A stretch of DNA of 64,000 nt from an uncultured delta proteobacterium (GTDB taxonomy: Bacteria > Desulfobacterota > Desulfomonilia > Desulfomonilales > Desulfomonilaceae): the NCBI GenBank assembly GCA_963789265.1, contig CAWBKB010000004.1:256001-320000 (forward strand), given 5' to 3'. The position numbers and the translations under genes are program-made. The number at the start of each line of letters is the position of its first letter. Positions within the stretch are counted from its first letter, which is position 1. Positions 49,100 through 59,966 of the stretch are shown in pieces. The notes beneath the pieces were generated by a model. It had not been told where the DNA came from. It saw nothing but the letters and a program-made list of their open reading frames with translations, and did no database searches.

Positions 49100-49564
49100 T
49101 CAGCCGGCTGTATCTTGAACAAAGGGATTGACGTTCCACCCCAGCCAGTAGAATCCCAGTTCTCGCATCAGTTCAGTGAACTTTTTGAAATCCAGCGGTT
49201 TGGACAGGTAACTGTTCGCATAATGATCGTACGCCATGGCCACGTCATTCTCTTCCTCGGAACTCGTCAAGACCACAACCGGAATTCGGCGTAGCTCTTC
49301 GCTTTCTTTTATCTCTTTGAGGACGTCCAAGCCGTCTATCTTCGGTAAACGGAGATCCAGAAGGATCAAGTGCGGTCGGGGACTTTTCTTGGAATCGGTG
49401 TATTTTCCTCGTCGGAAGAGGTAATCCAGGGCCGCTTCTCCATCAGTTACGTGTAGAACAGGGTTGGCCACATGGTTTGCTCTGAGACTCCGCTTAACCA
49501 TCTCTGCATGGTCCTCGTTGTCTTCCACCAACAAAATCATCAAGCTTTCACCTTTCATGGCCAT
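49100..49564 (-). CDS. Single-domain response regulator (Rcp1-like)
   Basis: LLVEDN, LLDLRLP, LTSS, ANSYLSKP. Confidence 0.92.
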   Translation of the reverse strand: MAMKGESLMILLVEDNEDHAEMVKRSLRANHVANPVLHVTDGEAALDYLFRRGKYTDSKKSPRPHLILLDLRLPKIDGLDVLKEIKESEELRRIPVVVLTSSEEENDVAMAYDHYANSYLSKPLDFKKFTELMRELGFYWLGWNVNPFVQDTAG

Positions 49565-49631
49565 GACTCCTTTCATTCGACCACAGGAATGCTGTTTGTT
49601 TCTCTCGCCCTTCAGTTGAGAGTCACGCTCC

Positions 49632-50090
49632 TCAGCCGGCCCCTTCTCCTGCTGAGGGATTGACGTTCCAGTCGAGCCAGTAAGATTCAAGCTCTCGCAT
49701 CAGTTCGGAGAGTTTCCTAAACTCTAACGGTTTCACCAGATAACTGTTTGCATGATAATCATAAGCCATGTTTACGTCGCTCCCTGCCTGGGAACTTGTC
49801 AAAACCACAACCGGAATTCGGCGTAACCCTTCGGTCTGTTTTATTTCCTTGAGGACCTCCAAGCCATCTACCTTGGGTAAGCGAAGGTCCAAGAGAACCA
49901 GATGGGGCCGCGGACTTTTGTGCGGATCGCTGTATTGGCCTCGTCGCAGGAGGTAATCCAGCGCAGTTTCTCCATCGGTCACATGATGAATCAAGTGGGA
50001 TGTCTTGGGAGGCTTGAAACTGCGCATTACTATCTCCGCATGATCTTCGTTATCCTCGACCAGCAAAATCATTAGAGCTTCACCATCCAT
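49632..50090 (-). CDS. Single-domain response regulator (Rcp1-like), paralogue of the adjacent gene
   Basis: LLVEDN, LLDLRLP, LTSS, ANSYLVKP. Confidence 0.92.
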   Translation of the reverse strand: MDGEALMILLVEDNEDHAEIVMRSFKPPKTSHLIHHVTDGETALDYLLRRGQYSDPHKSPRPHLVLLDLRLPKVDGLEVLKEIKQTEGLRRIPVVVLTSSQAGSDVNMAYDYHANSYLVKPLEFRKLSELMRELESYWLDWNVNPSAGEGAG

Positions 50091-50103
50091 GGTCTTGCCT
50101 CCC

Positions 50104-53100
50104 TTACTCACCACCAAACGATACAGGACGAGGCAAAGTAAAACAAAACGCGGAGCCCTTTCCCATGCCTTCGGATTCTACCCAAATGCGGCCTCCATGC
50201 ACTTCGACTATTCGCTTGACCAGGGCCAGTCCGATCCCGGTCCCTTCAGTGTTTTGATCCAACTTATTAAACAGCCCGAATACTTTCTCCTGGTATAGAG
50301 GGTTGATACCTATTCCGTTGTCTCTAACAAAAAGAACCGTCTCTCCGCCATCCTTTCGGCTGCCAACTTCGATCTTCGGAAGCGACTGATTGCCCATGAA
50401 TTTCACTGAATTTTCTATCAGGTTTTGAAATACTTCCAGAACACGCGGTCGGTCAACGTACAGGACGGGCAGGTCCCGAGCTATATTCACTTCCAGCCCG
50501 TGTTGCGGAATTCTTCCGGACAGTAGTTCCAGAGCTTCATTTGCCAGGTCCCTCATAGGTACTTCCGACGGCGGATTGAACATCCGGCCAACTCGCGAAA
50601 GTTCCAGAATCTCGCCCAGTAGCTGTCCCATCTTTTCGGCTGCCTTGTCGATACGATTTAAGTCGGATTTCACATCTTCCATATTCCCGTTGGCGATGTT
50701 CTCATCGACAAATCCCAAGAAAGTCCGGATGGTGATCAGGGGGCTCCTCAAGTCGTGAGAAACCGAATAGGTGAATCGTTCCAATTCGGCGTTCTTGGCT
50801 TCCAATTCCGTAATCAATCTTTCGCGCTCTATCTCGGCTAGTTTTGCCTCTGTGATGTCCCTGTCGAATCCGGCGACCCCGCCAACTATGCCGTTGGAGT
50901 CAAGAACAGGGTAGAAACTGGTGTAATAGAATCGGCCGTCTTTCTCGTCGTCGAATCGAACTGCAATGCCGCTTTGAATTACTTCATCAAATTTCGCCCT
51001 GCTCTTGGCCTCAACAGCCGGCGCCAATATATCAGAGAGAGGCTTCCCTAAAAGCTCGTGACTGCTCTTCCCCATTCTTGTCGCGGTCGCTTCGTTCAAG
51101 GCAACAAAAGACCAGTCCGCGGACAGGAGGAAAACGGAATCTGTGCTGGCATTAAGTATCGCCTCGATATCCCTGTTTCTTTTTGCCAGGGCTTCTTCTG
51201 CCTTCTTGCGAGCACTAATATCGCGAGCTGCTGCAAACAAGCCGATAACATTGCCCGCCTCGTCGGAATAGACAGACGCATTGTAGGTCACCTGGGTCAG
51301 TTCCCCGCTCTTGTGCCGGATCTCCAATTCATAATCCCGCACGGAGCCATCCCTGAAAGCCTGTTGATATCCTTCTCTTGCCCTTGAAGAATCAGTGAAA
51401 TAGTCGGCGAAATCGGTGCCGATGAGTTCGTCTCGCGAACAACCGGTGACTCGCTCGGTCCCGGTGTTGACGTCCGTGATCTTTCCGTCCGCGCTGATTG
51501 TGACTAGAGGATCCAGACTGGCCTCGATGAGGCTGCGGTTATATGCACTGGCTGCCTGCAAGGCTTCTTCGGCACGCTTACGGTCACTCATATCGCGAGC
51601 CGCTGCAAAGACACCTTTTATCTCGCCTGACTCGTCCTGGTATACCGACGCGTTGTACATAACCGGAGTTAATTGGCTGTTTTTGTGACGGATCTCCAAT
51701 TCATAGTCCTTCACCAAACCGTCTCTGAAGACCTGCTGGTATCCGGCCCTGGCCTTTTCCGGATCGGTGAAATAGTCGGCAAAATCCGTTCCGATGAGTT
51801 CAATTCTTGAACAACCGGTGACTCGTTCGGTGCCTGTGTTGACGTCGGTGACCTTTCCTTCGGCACTGATAGTGACCAGAGGGTCCAGACTGGCCTCGAT
51901 GAGGCTGCGGTTATACGCGCTGGCCGCCTGCAATGCCTTTTCGGCACGCTTACGGTCGCTCATGTCGCGAGCTGCCGCAAACACACCCGTAATTTCTCCG
52001 GACTCGTCACGATACACGGAGGCATTGTACATTACCGGCGTCAACTGCCCGTGCTTATGGCGGATCTCCAATTCGTAGTCCTTCACCAAACCGTCTCTGA
52101 AGACCTGCTGGTACCCGGCCCTGGCTTTTTCGGGATCGGTGAAATAGTCCGCGAAATCCGTATCGATGAGTTCAATTCTTGAATAACCTGTGACTCGCTC
52201 GGTCCCGGTATTGACGTCTGTGATCTTTCCTTCGGCACTGATAGTAACCAGAGGGTCTAAACTTGCCTCGATGAGACTGCGGTTATATGAGCTGGCTGCC
52301 TGTAAAGCCTTTTCAGCACGCTTCCTCTCGGTGATGTCCCGGGCTGCGGCAAAAAGGCCGGTAATTCTGCCCGATTCATCCCGGTACACCGACGCGTTGT
52401 ACATGACGGGAGTCAATTCTCCGTTCTTGTTACGGATCTCCAATTCATAGTCTCTCACCGAACCGTCCCTGAAAGCCTGCTGGTATCCCTCCCTAGCTCT
52501 CGATGGATCGGTGAAATAATTTGCGAAGTCAGTGTCGATCAGCTCTTCTCTGGAATAGCCTGTAACCCGCTCCGTTGCCGTATTGACGTCTGTGACCTTT
52601 CCTTCCCCGCTGATCGTCACCAGTGGATCCAAACTTGCTTCAATGAGGCTGCGATTGTATGCACTGGCCCCCTGCAAGGCCCTTTCAGCGGCCTTCCTCT
52701 CGGTAATGTCCCGGGCGGCGGCAAAAAGGCCCGTAATTGTGTCGGCCTCGTCCCGGTACACTGACGCGTTGTACATTACCGGAGTTAAATCTCCGTTTCT
52801 GTGACGGATCTCCAATTCATAATCCGTTACCGAACCATCTCTGAAAGCCTTTTGATAGCCAGTCCTGGCTTTCCGAGGATCGGTGAAGTAGTCCGCGAAG
52901 TCCGTCCCAATGAGTTCGTTTCGTGAACGACCTGTCACTCGCTCTGTAGCAGTGTTTACATCGGTGACTTTTCCTTCCGCGCTGATTGTAACTAGTGGGT
53001 CCAGGCTCGCTTCAATCAAACTGCGGCTGTATGCACTGGCCCTCTGCAGTGCCTCTTCGGCACGCTTCCGGTCGCTGATGTCGCGGGCGATGGTCGAAGC

Positions 53101-53889
53101 TCCGACGATTTCACCAGCCTGATTCTTGATCGGTGAGACGGTGACGGAAACATCGATTAGCGTGCGAGCTTTATCAATTCGCTTGGTTTCATAGTGTTCG
53201 ACGATGCCGCTTTCTTTGATCCTGGCGAGGATTGTAGGTATTTCGTCCCGGCGGTCGGACGGCACCACGACGGAAATGGACTTACCAATGGCTTCCTCAG
53301 CCGAATAACCGTACATTTTTTCGGCAGCAGCGTTCCAACTGAGGATGTTGCCTTCCAGCGTCTTTCCGATTATGGCGTCATCCGAGGATTCCACTATGGA
53401 TGCCAAGAATGCTCTATCCGCGCTCGCTTCGATCAGGCTTCGGCTATATTCGCTGGCCCTCTGCATTGCCTCTTCTGCACGCTTTTTGTCACTTATGTCG
53501 CGAGCGATGGTCGAAGCTCCTACAATTTCACCCTTGTAATCCTTAATTGGGGAGACGGTCACAGAAACATCAATTTGTCCCCCTTCCTTATTCATGCGTT
53601 TGGTCTCATAATGTTCGACTCGTTCACCCTGCTTAATTCTAGCAAGAATTTTGGGTATTTCTTCCGGGTGATCAGGCGGCACAACGATGAAAATAGATTT
53701 ACCTATAGCCTCTTCTGCGGAGTAGCCGTACATTTTCTCGGCTGCATGGTTCCAGGTGAGGATGATGCCGTCGAGCGTCTTTCCGATGATGGCGTCATCC
53801 GAGGATTCCACTATGGAAGCCAAGTAGGCCTTCTCCGCTAAGACATTGCCCTGTACCGGGGCCGTACCGAAATCACGTACATCCGCCAT
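50104..53889 (-). CDS. Cytoplasmic histidine kinase with eight PAS domains
   Basis: 2+5+1 PAS/PAC units; SVSHDLRSPL, NLIEN, DNGIG, GTGIGL. Confidence 0.93.
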   Translation of the reverse strand: MADVRDFGTAPVQGNVLAEKAYLASIVESSDDAIIGKTLDGIILTWNHAAEKMYGYSAEEAIGKSIFIVVPPDHPEEIPKILARIKQGERVEHYETKRMNKEGGQIDVSVTVSPIKDYKGEIVGASTIARDISDKKRAEEAMQRASEYSRSLIEASADRAFLASIVESSDDAIIGKTLEGNILSWNAAAEKMYGYSAEEAIGKSISVVVPSDRRDEIPTILARIKESGIVEHYETKRIDKARTLIDVSVTVSPIKNQAGEIVGASTIARDISDRKRAEEALQRASAYSRSLIEASLDPLVTISAEGKVTDVNTATERVTGRSRNELIGTDFADYFTDPRKARTGYQKAFRDGSVTDYELEIRHRNGDLTPVMYNASVYRDEADTITGLFAAARDITERKAAERALQGASAYNRSLIEASLDPLVTISGEGKVTDVNTATERVTGYSREELIDTDFANYFTDPSRAREGYQQAFRDGSVRDYELEIRNKNGELTPVMYNASVYRDESGRITGLFAAARDITERKRAEKALQAASSYNRSLIEASLDPLVTISAEGKITDVNTGTERVTGYSRIELIDTDFADYFTDPEKARAGYQQVFRDGLVKDYELEIRHKHGQLTPVMYNASVYRDESGEITGVFAAARDMSDRKRAEKALQAASAYNRSLIEASLDPLVTISAEGKVTDVNTGTERVTGCSRIELIGTDFADYFTDPEKARAGYQQVFRDGLVKDYELEIRHKNSQLTPVMYNASVYQDESGEIKGVFAAARDMSDRKRAEEALQAASAYNRSLIEASLDPLVTISADGKITDVNTGTERVTGCSRDELIGTDFADYFTDSSRAREGYQQAFRDGSVRDYELEIRHKSGELTQVTYNASVYSDEAGNVIGLFAAARDISARKKAEEALAKRNRDIEAILNASTDSVFLLSADWSFVALNEATATRMGKSSHELLGKPLSDILAPAVEAKSRAKFDEVIQSGIAVRFDDEKDGRFYYTSFYPVLDSNGIVGGVAGFDRDITEAKLAEIERERLITELEAKNAELERFTYSVSHDLRSPLITIRTFLGFVDENIANGNMEDVKSDLNRIDKAAEKMGQLLGEILELSRVGRMFNPPSEVPMRDLANEALELLSGRIPQHGLEVNIARDLPVLYVDRPRVLEVFQNLIENSVKFMGNQSLPKIEVGSRKDGGETVLFVRDNGIGINPLYQEKVFGLFNKLDQNTEGTGIGLALVKRIVEVHGGRIWVESEGMGKGSAFCFTLPRPVSFGGE

Positions 53890-54664
53890 TATGCGAACCT
53901 CCAGTGCTCAAAAGGAATCGTTGCATCATTGGTCTCCCTAAATGAAATTGAAGAAATCAGGTGGAGTATATCTTCGGCGTATTTTCGGGGCATGGCAATC
54001 ACCTCGGTGCTAAGACCATTTTGCCCAAGCAGGCGCAAGAGGAGAGCTAGAGCTACTTTCGCGCCGGGGCGAGATCCCGATTAAATGCCGGTCACATATT
54101 TTCAGCACTATATCATCAACGCGGGTAATTACACAGATGGGACTTGGTAACTGTCGGGAAGCTGTCGTTTGCCCCGTAACAGTACAAAAAATGGACTGGC
54201 TCCGGCACAAGTAAAATACGGAAAGTCACTGCATGTTAATGGAGCGAGTGAAGTTAGTCAACCTCAACTTGATTGGACTGGTAAAGTAATCCCTCGGCCG
54301 CGGGGGCGACAGAGCGGACGTCTGTCGAGTCAAGACGTCAGCGGGAGCCTCGATCATAGCCCGAGTCGCGGGAAGACAAGCAATCCCGCGTTATGCGGGG
54401 CCTTTCCACCGGCGAGTTTACTTTTCCGGGCGGTGGGATTTTCGCCCCAACAATATCATGTTAAGAATTATATACCTGTATAATTGCCATGTTATATTGA
54501 ATGTGAACTTTTAACTTGACGTAAACTTAAAGTGTTGCTACGGAAACTGAGACCATTATGCGGGGTTCATGAATTAATTTTCTGGACCTAAATGGTAATT
54601 CAATCGAATATGCCATAATTCTTCCGTCAAACGCTGTGCAACACTGGGGAAAAGGAGAGTTAAA

Positions 54665-55288
54665 GTGAAAAAGAGCATAATCGCGGCTATTGTTCTCGTG
54701 GCGGTATCGGCACTAATCGCAGAGGCTTCTGAAAACATTGTCGCACTGGCCGATCGGGTGGTCGTTGACCGATCCACGCATAGCAAAGTGCTTAACGACT
54801 ACACACTTCTCACGCGGGACACCATCCAACGTGTCTGGACCACTCCAACCACTCTGAACAAGCCGGGCAATCTCAAAGGCCGGGTCGGCGTCGACTACAC
54901 CATTACCAGGAGCGGCGCCCTCGAGTCGGTGCGCTTGGTTCGGAGTTCGGGCAACCCTGACATGGACCGCACGTTGTTGGATGCCATACGATCGGCTGCG
55001 CCTTTCCCGCCCTTTCCAAACAAGATCGCAGCGCGACGGCTGGTGATACGGGCCAATTTTATTGTAGCCGACGTGCCGACAATCCCGGTAACAATGGTCG
55101 AACATGAGGTTCAAAGCAGCAAACCATCCCTGGACGCAGCGTCCGGCAAAGACACCAAGAAATTTATATGGGGCGCCCCGGCCGGCACTGCCGCGGAAAA
55201 GACACCTTCAGTCGAAAAGGGATTCCCGCCGGCACCTCTCCAGAAGAAGTACCACTGGGGTGCGGACATTCAGCCGGGGAATGACTGA
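54665..55288 (+). CDS. Secreted TonB/TolA C-terminal-domain protein
   Basis: Signal peptide; YTITRSG...SSGNPDMD...AIRSAAPFPPFP. Confidence 0.75.
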   Translation: MKKSIIAAIVLVAVSALIAEASENIVALADRVVVDRSTHSKVLNDYTLLTRDTIQRVWTTPTTLNKPGNLKGRVGVDYTITRSGALESVRLVRSSGNPDMDRTLLDAIRSAAPFPPFPNKIAARRLVIRANFIVADVPTIPVTMVEHEVQSSKPSLDAASGKDTKKFIWGAPAGTAAEKTPSVEKGFPPAPLQKKYHWGADIQPGND

Positions 55289-55393
55289 AGGCTTCTAATA
55301 TCAGTGCTCCCTCAAACAAGTAATAATCATGGAATGTTATGGTTGGGCAGTACCCCGCGGAACGTGAAGTCACCTCGGACTTCGCCCATAGGC

Positions 55394-55547
55394 GCTAACT
55401 TAAAGCAATTTTCTTTCCTTTGAACAGGGTCCCGTGCCATCAAAGTCCCCCTTTTCTAAAGGGGGATTTAGGGGAATTTTCAAAGAGTTAGACCAAAATC
55501 CCCCCTAACCCTCCTTTACAAAAGGGGGGCAAAATCCTTAAGTTAGC
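55394..55547. repeat. MITE/REP-like element
   Basis: Perfect IR GCTAACTTAA/TTAAGTTAGC around CCCCCTTTTCTAAAGGGGG-type palindromes; a degenerate relative lies at about 13372-13460. Confidence 0.6.
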
Positions 55548-55763
55548 CCTTTTCCACGATCTCTCCCATACTAAGCAGATTCCTGCCTCGGCCCCATCAT
55601 TTAAGGTTGCGCTCACCGCCGAGCCGTTATATAGAATCGGGTATTCAGAGGTCCCTCAAGAATCACGTTGTTCGCTATAGAGGTAGCTTTTCGCTATTTG
55701 CGGGCTTCGTACCACTTGAGGACTGCAAGTCAAATGACTGTCGGCAACAGTACAGGGTGAAGC

Positions 55764-55961
55764 ATGGCTGTAAATCAAAAGTTGTTGGAAATATTGGTTT
55801 GTCCCAAGTGCAAAGGGGATCTCGTTCTTACAGAGGCCGAAGATGGGCTTATTTGTCATGCCTGCCGGCTGAAGTACGAGATCAAAGATGACATACCAAT
55901 AATGCTTATCGATGAAGCTATTCCACTCGACCGAGAGGAGGAAACACCGAAAACCGAATGA
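55764..55961 (+). CDS. Trm112/YcaR family protein
   Basis: LLEILVCPKCKG...C..C...Y.IKDDIPIMLIDEA. Confidence 0.92.
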   Translation: MAVNQKLLEILVCPKCKGDLVLTEAEDGLICHACRLKYEIKDDIPIMLIDEAIPLDREEETPKTE

Positions 55962-55989
55962 TGAGGATGCCTCAGCCCGGGAGTGTGGG

Positions 55990-56988
55990 ATGGCTGCAGA
56001 CACGCAGAAGAGCAACAGCCCACGTGTAAATATCTTCCTGGAATATCTTGTATACTTACTGTTTCGCCTGGCGGAAGAAGCCATCTGTCTGATGCCTGAC
56101 GACCGAACTACTTTGGCTGTGGGTCGTTTCTTTGGCCGCCTGATGTTCATGTTGGGGGGGAACCGCAGGGAGGCAGCCCTGGAAAACCTCACAGTTGCCT
56201 TTGGACAGGAGCGAAGCCCGCAGGAAATCCGGCAGATCGCTCTCAGGAATCTTGAACATCTCGGAATGTTGGGCGTGGAGTTTTTCAGGATCAGACGCTG
56301 GTCTCAGGATAAACTGGCCGAAAAGCTGATAATTGGGTGCAAACATAATTTTGATTTGGCTTGGTTCCCCAGCGGAAAAGGCATCTTTTACGGTACCGCT
56401 CACTTCGGCAGTTTCGAGGTTTTGGCAGCGATGAGCCGGTTCATGGGCTTAAAGGGTAAGCTCGTCGTCACTGCAGCCCCCAACAGATTCGTCAACCGAA
56501 ACATGTTCTTCCGTCGCGGGGGCGACGAGAGTGGTTTGAACATTTTGCCTCATCGCGGTATTGTTCATCCTGTACTTCGTTGTCTGCACGAAGGCGAAAT
56601 GGTGGTTGTGCTGGCAGATCAAAGGGGCGATGATGCTCGACCTGTTTGGGTCGATTTCTTCGGGAGAAAGGTATTGGCAAATGGGGTATTTGCACGCTTC
56701 GCTTCCGAAAGCGACGCGTACGTGTTTTCTATTGTTTGCATCTGCACGTAGGACGAGAAGTATCGCTGCATTTTCGGTGAAGAGATACCTATTCAAAGGA
56801 CGGATGACAAAGGCAACGACTTGGTGGTAAATTCCCAGCGTTTTCATGAGGTATTCGAGGCGTGGCTAAGGGCATATCCCGGACAGGGTTTTTGGATGCA
56901 TCGGAAATTCAAGAGGAAGAACGGGAAACGCAGAAGAATGGAAGCCCCTGCGGCGTTGCCCGCTCGCCGAATGCAATATGACGGATAA
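55990..56988 (+). CDS. Lipid A acyltransferase (LpxL/HtrB family) interrupted by an in-frame TAG at 56749-56751
   Basis: TAHFGSFE, LADQ, VDFFG; past the TAG the same frame gives WLRAYPGQGFWMHRKFK and ends at TAA 56986-56988. Confidence 0.8.
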
Positions 56989-58069
56989 AGTTAGACCTCC
57001 AGCGCTACCTTCACGCATTGTCGTCAGAGGAACAAACTGGGTTGGCGACACTGTAATGAGTGTGCCCGCGATCAAGGAGTTAAGGAGAATTTTTCCTTCG
57101 ACCCGGATCACTTTTTGGGTCAGGTCCGGACTGGCGCCTTTAGTGGCAGCGACAGGGGTTCCTGACGACTTGATTTCCTTCGACGGCAATTCCGGCGGCC
57201 CGATGCAAAGGCCGTTCCGTATGCGGGGCAAACTTGCCTCGGGCAAATTCGATATGTCGGTACATCTACAGAATGCCTTTGAGAGCGCATTCAGCTCTTG
57301 GCTGGCAAGAATACCTTTGAGGGCAGGCTATCCAACCGATCTTCGAGGTCCTCTTCTCAATATTAGAATCCCTCTGACCAGACGGATCAAGAGCAAACAT
57401 CAGGTATTTTACTATCTTGCCATAACGAGGTTCCTGGAAGTCTATTTCACGGACAGAGACAAATCTGCCGAAGAGGCTCCCGATTGCTCCATTCCCGTCA
57501 GGCGAGAGGATTGCTCCAGGGCCCAAGATCTTATTGCATCTCGCGGGGCGAGACTCGATCGCCCAGTCGTTTGTCTTTGTCCAGGATCGGTGAATTCTGA
57601 GGCAAAGAGATGGCCCGGCGAAAATTTTGCCCGCCTGGCGGATCTTCTCACCGACCGAATGGGGGCGCAGGTAGTATTTCTAGGGTCACCTCAGGAAGAA
57701 GCCCTTGTTGAAGGAATCATGTCAATGGTTCGGAATTCGAGCGCCGTCCATCTTGTGGGATCTGATATGATGACTTCCATGGCTGTCATGAAGCAGTCCG
57801 AGCTGGTGATTTCCAACGACACGGGTAGTGCTCATCTGGCCGTGGCATCATGCGCGCGGGTCCTGACTATCTTCGGACCAACCAACCCCGGCGCTACTGC
57901 ACCATACGGAGCTGATACTCACATCATACAGGGCAATGCCCCGTGCGCTCCTTGCCGCCATTTCCGCTGCCCTTTCAAGGATCATCCTTGCATGAGAAGC
58001 GTCGATCCCGAAGCAGTTCTCGGTAAGGCAGAGGAAATTGTGTCCGGATTCTCGCGTCCTCGGAAATGA
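56978..58069 (+). CDS. waaF: LPS heptosyltransferase II (GT9)
   Basis: RGTNWVGDTVMS, AKRWP, SNDTGSAHLA, FGPT, CAPC. Confidence 0.88.
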   Translation: MTDKVRPPALPSRIVVRGTNWVGDTVMSVPAIKELRRIFPSTRITFWVRSGLAPLVAATGVPDDLISFDGNSGGPMQRPFRMRGKLASGKFDMSVHLQNAFESAFSSWLARIPLRAGYPTDLRGPLLNIRIPLTRRIKSKHQVFYYLAITRFLEVYFTDRDKSAEEAPDCSIPVRREDCSRAQDLIASRGARLDRPVVCLCPGSVNSEAKRWPGENFARLADLLTDRMGAQVVFLGSPQEEALVEGIMSMVRNSSAVHLVGSDMMTSMAVMKQSELVISNDTGSAHLAVASCARVLTIFGPTNPGATAPYGADTHIIQGNAPCAPCRHFRCPFKDHPCMRSVDPEAVLGKAEEIVSGFSRPRK

Positions 58070-58085
58070 CGCGGCTACGCGAAAG

Positions 58086-58985
58086 ATGGAATCGGAAACT
58101 CACCCGTTGATAAGCGTAATAATTCCGACGTTCAATGGAGTCAATCTCCTGAAGGAAACAGTCGAGTCGGTAAGGAGTCAGACTTTCCGGGACTTCGAAA
58201 TTATAGTTGTAAATGATGGGTCCACGGACGGGACGCGGGAGTGGTTGCAGGCTCAGAGTGACGCGCGCTGGCTGGAACAAGAAAACAGTGGAATTGCAAC
58301 TTCGCGAAACAACGGCGCGGCGGCTGCACAAGGTGCGTGGTTCGCTTTCCTGGACCATGACGACCTGTGGGCGCCCGAAAAGCTCAAAATCCAAGCCGAT
58401 TTTGTCTTACAAAATCCTGATGTTGCATTAGTCGCAGCCCGGCACATCAGGCTCGGCAAAAAATTCCGTAGCCCGCGGAGGCGGACATGGATCAAGGGGG
58501 ACCTCCTAGTCAAGGAGTTCAGTGAAAGTTTCATTCACACCTCTTCTGTTATGATACGCAGGGACGTTTTCAAGGAGATTGGCGGGTTTCAACCCCACTA
58601 TCGCTTTGCTGACGAGTTCGATGTATGGTTAAAAATCGCAGCATCCTACCCGATAGCTTACGTGGACGAGCCGCTGGTATTTATCCGGGTTCATGAGGCG
58701 AACACAAGCCACAACCGGGTTGGCGTTCGTCACGACACCTATGATATCCTTCTAAGGCAGTATAATCCCGCTCGTATCCCTGTACGGATCTTTATGAGGA
58801 CTGTCTCGGATCATGACATTTCCTTTGGTAGGGCCCATCTTAACTCCGGAAACATGTCTGAGGCTGTTAGCTGGTTTCGCCGATCGGTTCGGAGGACTCC
58901 TCTCCGGCTGCGAAGCTGGCGATACTACCTGCGATACTCCATAGCTCATGCCTTGCAGCGGACATACGGCAAACAGGTCAAATAG
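58086..58985 (+). CDS. GT2 glycosyltransferase
   Basis: SVIIPTFN, VNDGSTD, FLDHDDLW. Confidence 0.9.
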   Translation: MESETHPLISVIIPTFNGVNLLKETVESVRSQTFRDFEIIVVNDGSTDGTREWLQAQSDARWLEQENSGIATSRNNGAAAAQGAWFAFLDHDDLWAPEKLKIQADFVLQNPDVALVAARHIRLGKKFRSPRRRTWIKGDLLVKEFSESFIHTSSVMIRRDVFKEIGGFQPHYRFADEFDVWLKIAASYPIAYVDEPLVFIRVHEANTSHNRVGVRHDTYDILLRQYNPARIPVRIFMRTVSDHDISFGRAHLNSGNMSEAVSWFRRSVRRTPLRLRSWRYYLRYSIAHALQRTYGKQVK

Positions 58986-59922
58986 TAGATTCCAGTCCAG
59001 CCTGACACGGGACAGAGTGTTGAATACTTCTTTCGAAATTCACCCTGAAGCGTCAACAATCCTCAATTGCGACGAAGAGGACCTACCCGAATTTGCGTTG
59101 AAGGCTATTGAGAAGCATGCGCGCCTCCTTCGAACGAACAGTGGAGCAATTCGGAAGGATGCCCCTGAGAGTGCGGTAACTTTGGTGGACTTACTCGAAT
59201 TTCCGCGAGTTTGTGTTAAGGAATTTCGGTGGAGAGGATGGCTTCATGCGTTGAAAGGGTTGTTCCGGCCTACACAGGGACTGAGGACGTACCGGAACGG
59301 GCGCCGATTGTCTCAGATGGGAATCAGTTGTGCACGACCGCTTGCTTTGATTCGGCAGCGTATTTTCGGAATTGTGCAGTCGGAATGGGTTATTATGGAG
59401 ATAGTCCCGGACGCCCTGGAGTTGGATCGATACATAACCCAACGGGTCGCCGACGGGTGGACACCGGATGAGAAAAGAGGGCTGGCCAGGCTGTTCGGGC
59501 GATTTGTCGGAACAATCCACGCCCGAGGGGTCTTTCATTCGGATTTGAAGACTTGCAATATTGTCGTGTCCACGCACGGTTCATCAGCTCAGACAGGCTC
59601 AGACCCGTTGGAGTCTAGTGCGCGGCCGTTTGCTACCTCGTGGAACGCCGTTGGCTTCTCGTTGTTGGACTATGATGACGTCAGCATTTCTAGTGAAGTC
59701 ACGGACAAAAAACGTGTCAAAAACCTGGCCCAAATATTCTTGTCCGTTCCTGTCTCCGTCAAAGCGTCCCAACGGCTGTTGTTTTTCAATGAATATGCTT
59801 TGCATGCGGGATTGGGGCGCAAGCGTAAGCGCGAAATCGCCCGGGGGGTTATCAAAGCGGCCTGGGGAAAAGAGATCCTTTACGTGGGATTCGATGGGGA
59901 CGTTCGAGAGAGATGGAACTGA
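58948..59922 (+). CDS. LPS kinase (InaA/WaaP/Kdo-kinase family)
   Basis: CVKEF, HSDLKTCNI, LLDYD, KNLAQI; the start is likely GTG 59017. Confidence 0.8.
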   Translation: MPCSGHTANRSNSRFQSSLTRDRVLNTSFEIHPEASTILNCDEEDLPEFALKAIEKHARLLRTNSGAIRKDAPESAVTLVDLLEFPRVCVKEFRWRGWLHALKGLFRPTQGLRTYRNGRRLSQMGISCARPLALIRQRIFGIVQSEWVIMEIVPDALELDRYITQRVADGWTPDEKRGLARLFGRFVGTIHARGVFHSDLKTCNIVVSTHGSSAQTGSDPLESSARPFATSWNAVGFSLLDYDDVSISSEVTDKKRVKNLAQIFLSVPVSVKASQRLLFFNEYALHAGLGRKRKREIARGVIKAAWGKEILYVGFDGDVRERWN

Positions 59923-59966
59923 GTTGATTCACTTTTCGTCGCAGGTGCCTCCGAATCTATGATATG

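Noticed and set aside
51180..53040. Regular repeats as a CRISPR array or non-coding tandem repeat
   Set aside because: They are in-frame PAS domain repeats; I saw no repeat-spacer array or cas gene in the window.
53890..54660. Riboswitch or ncRNA in the long intergenic region (also 29485-29630 and 62535-63150)
   Set aside because: GC-rich hairpins are present, but I could not match a known RNA motif; an Rfam cmscan would be needed.
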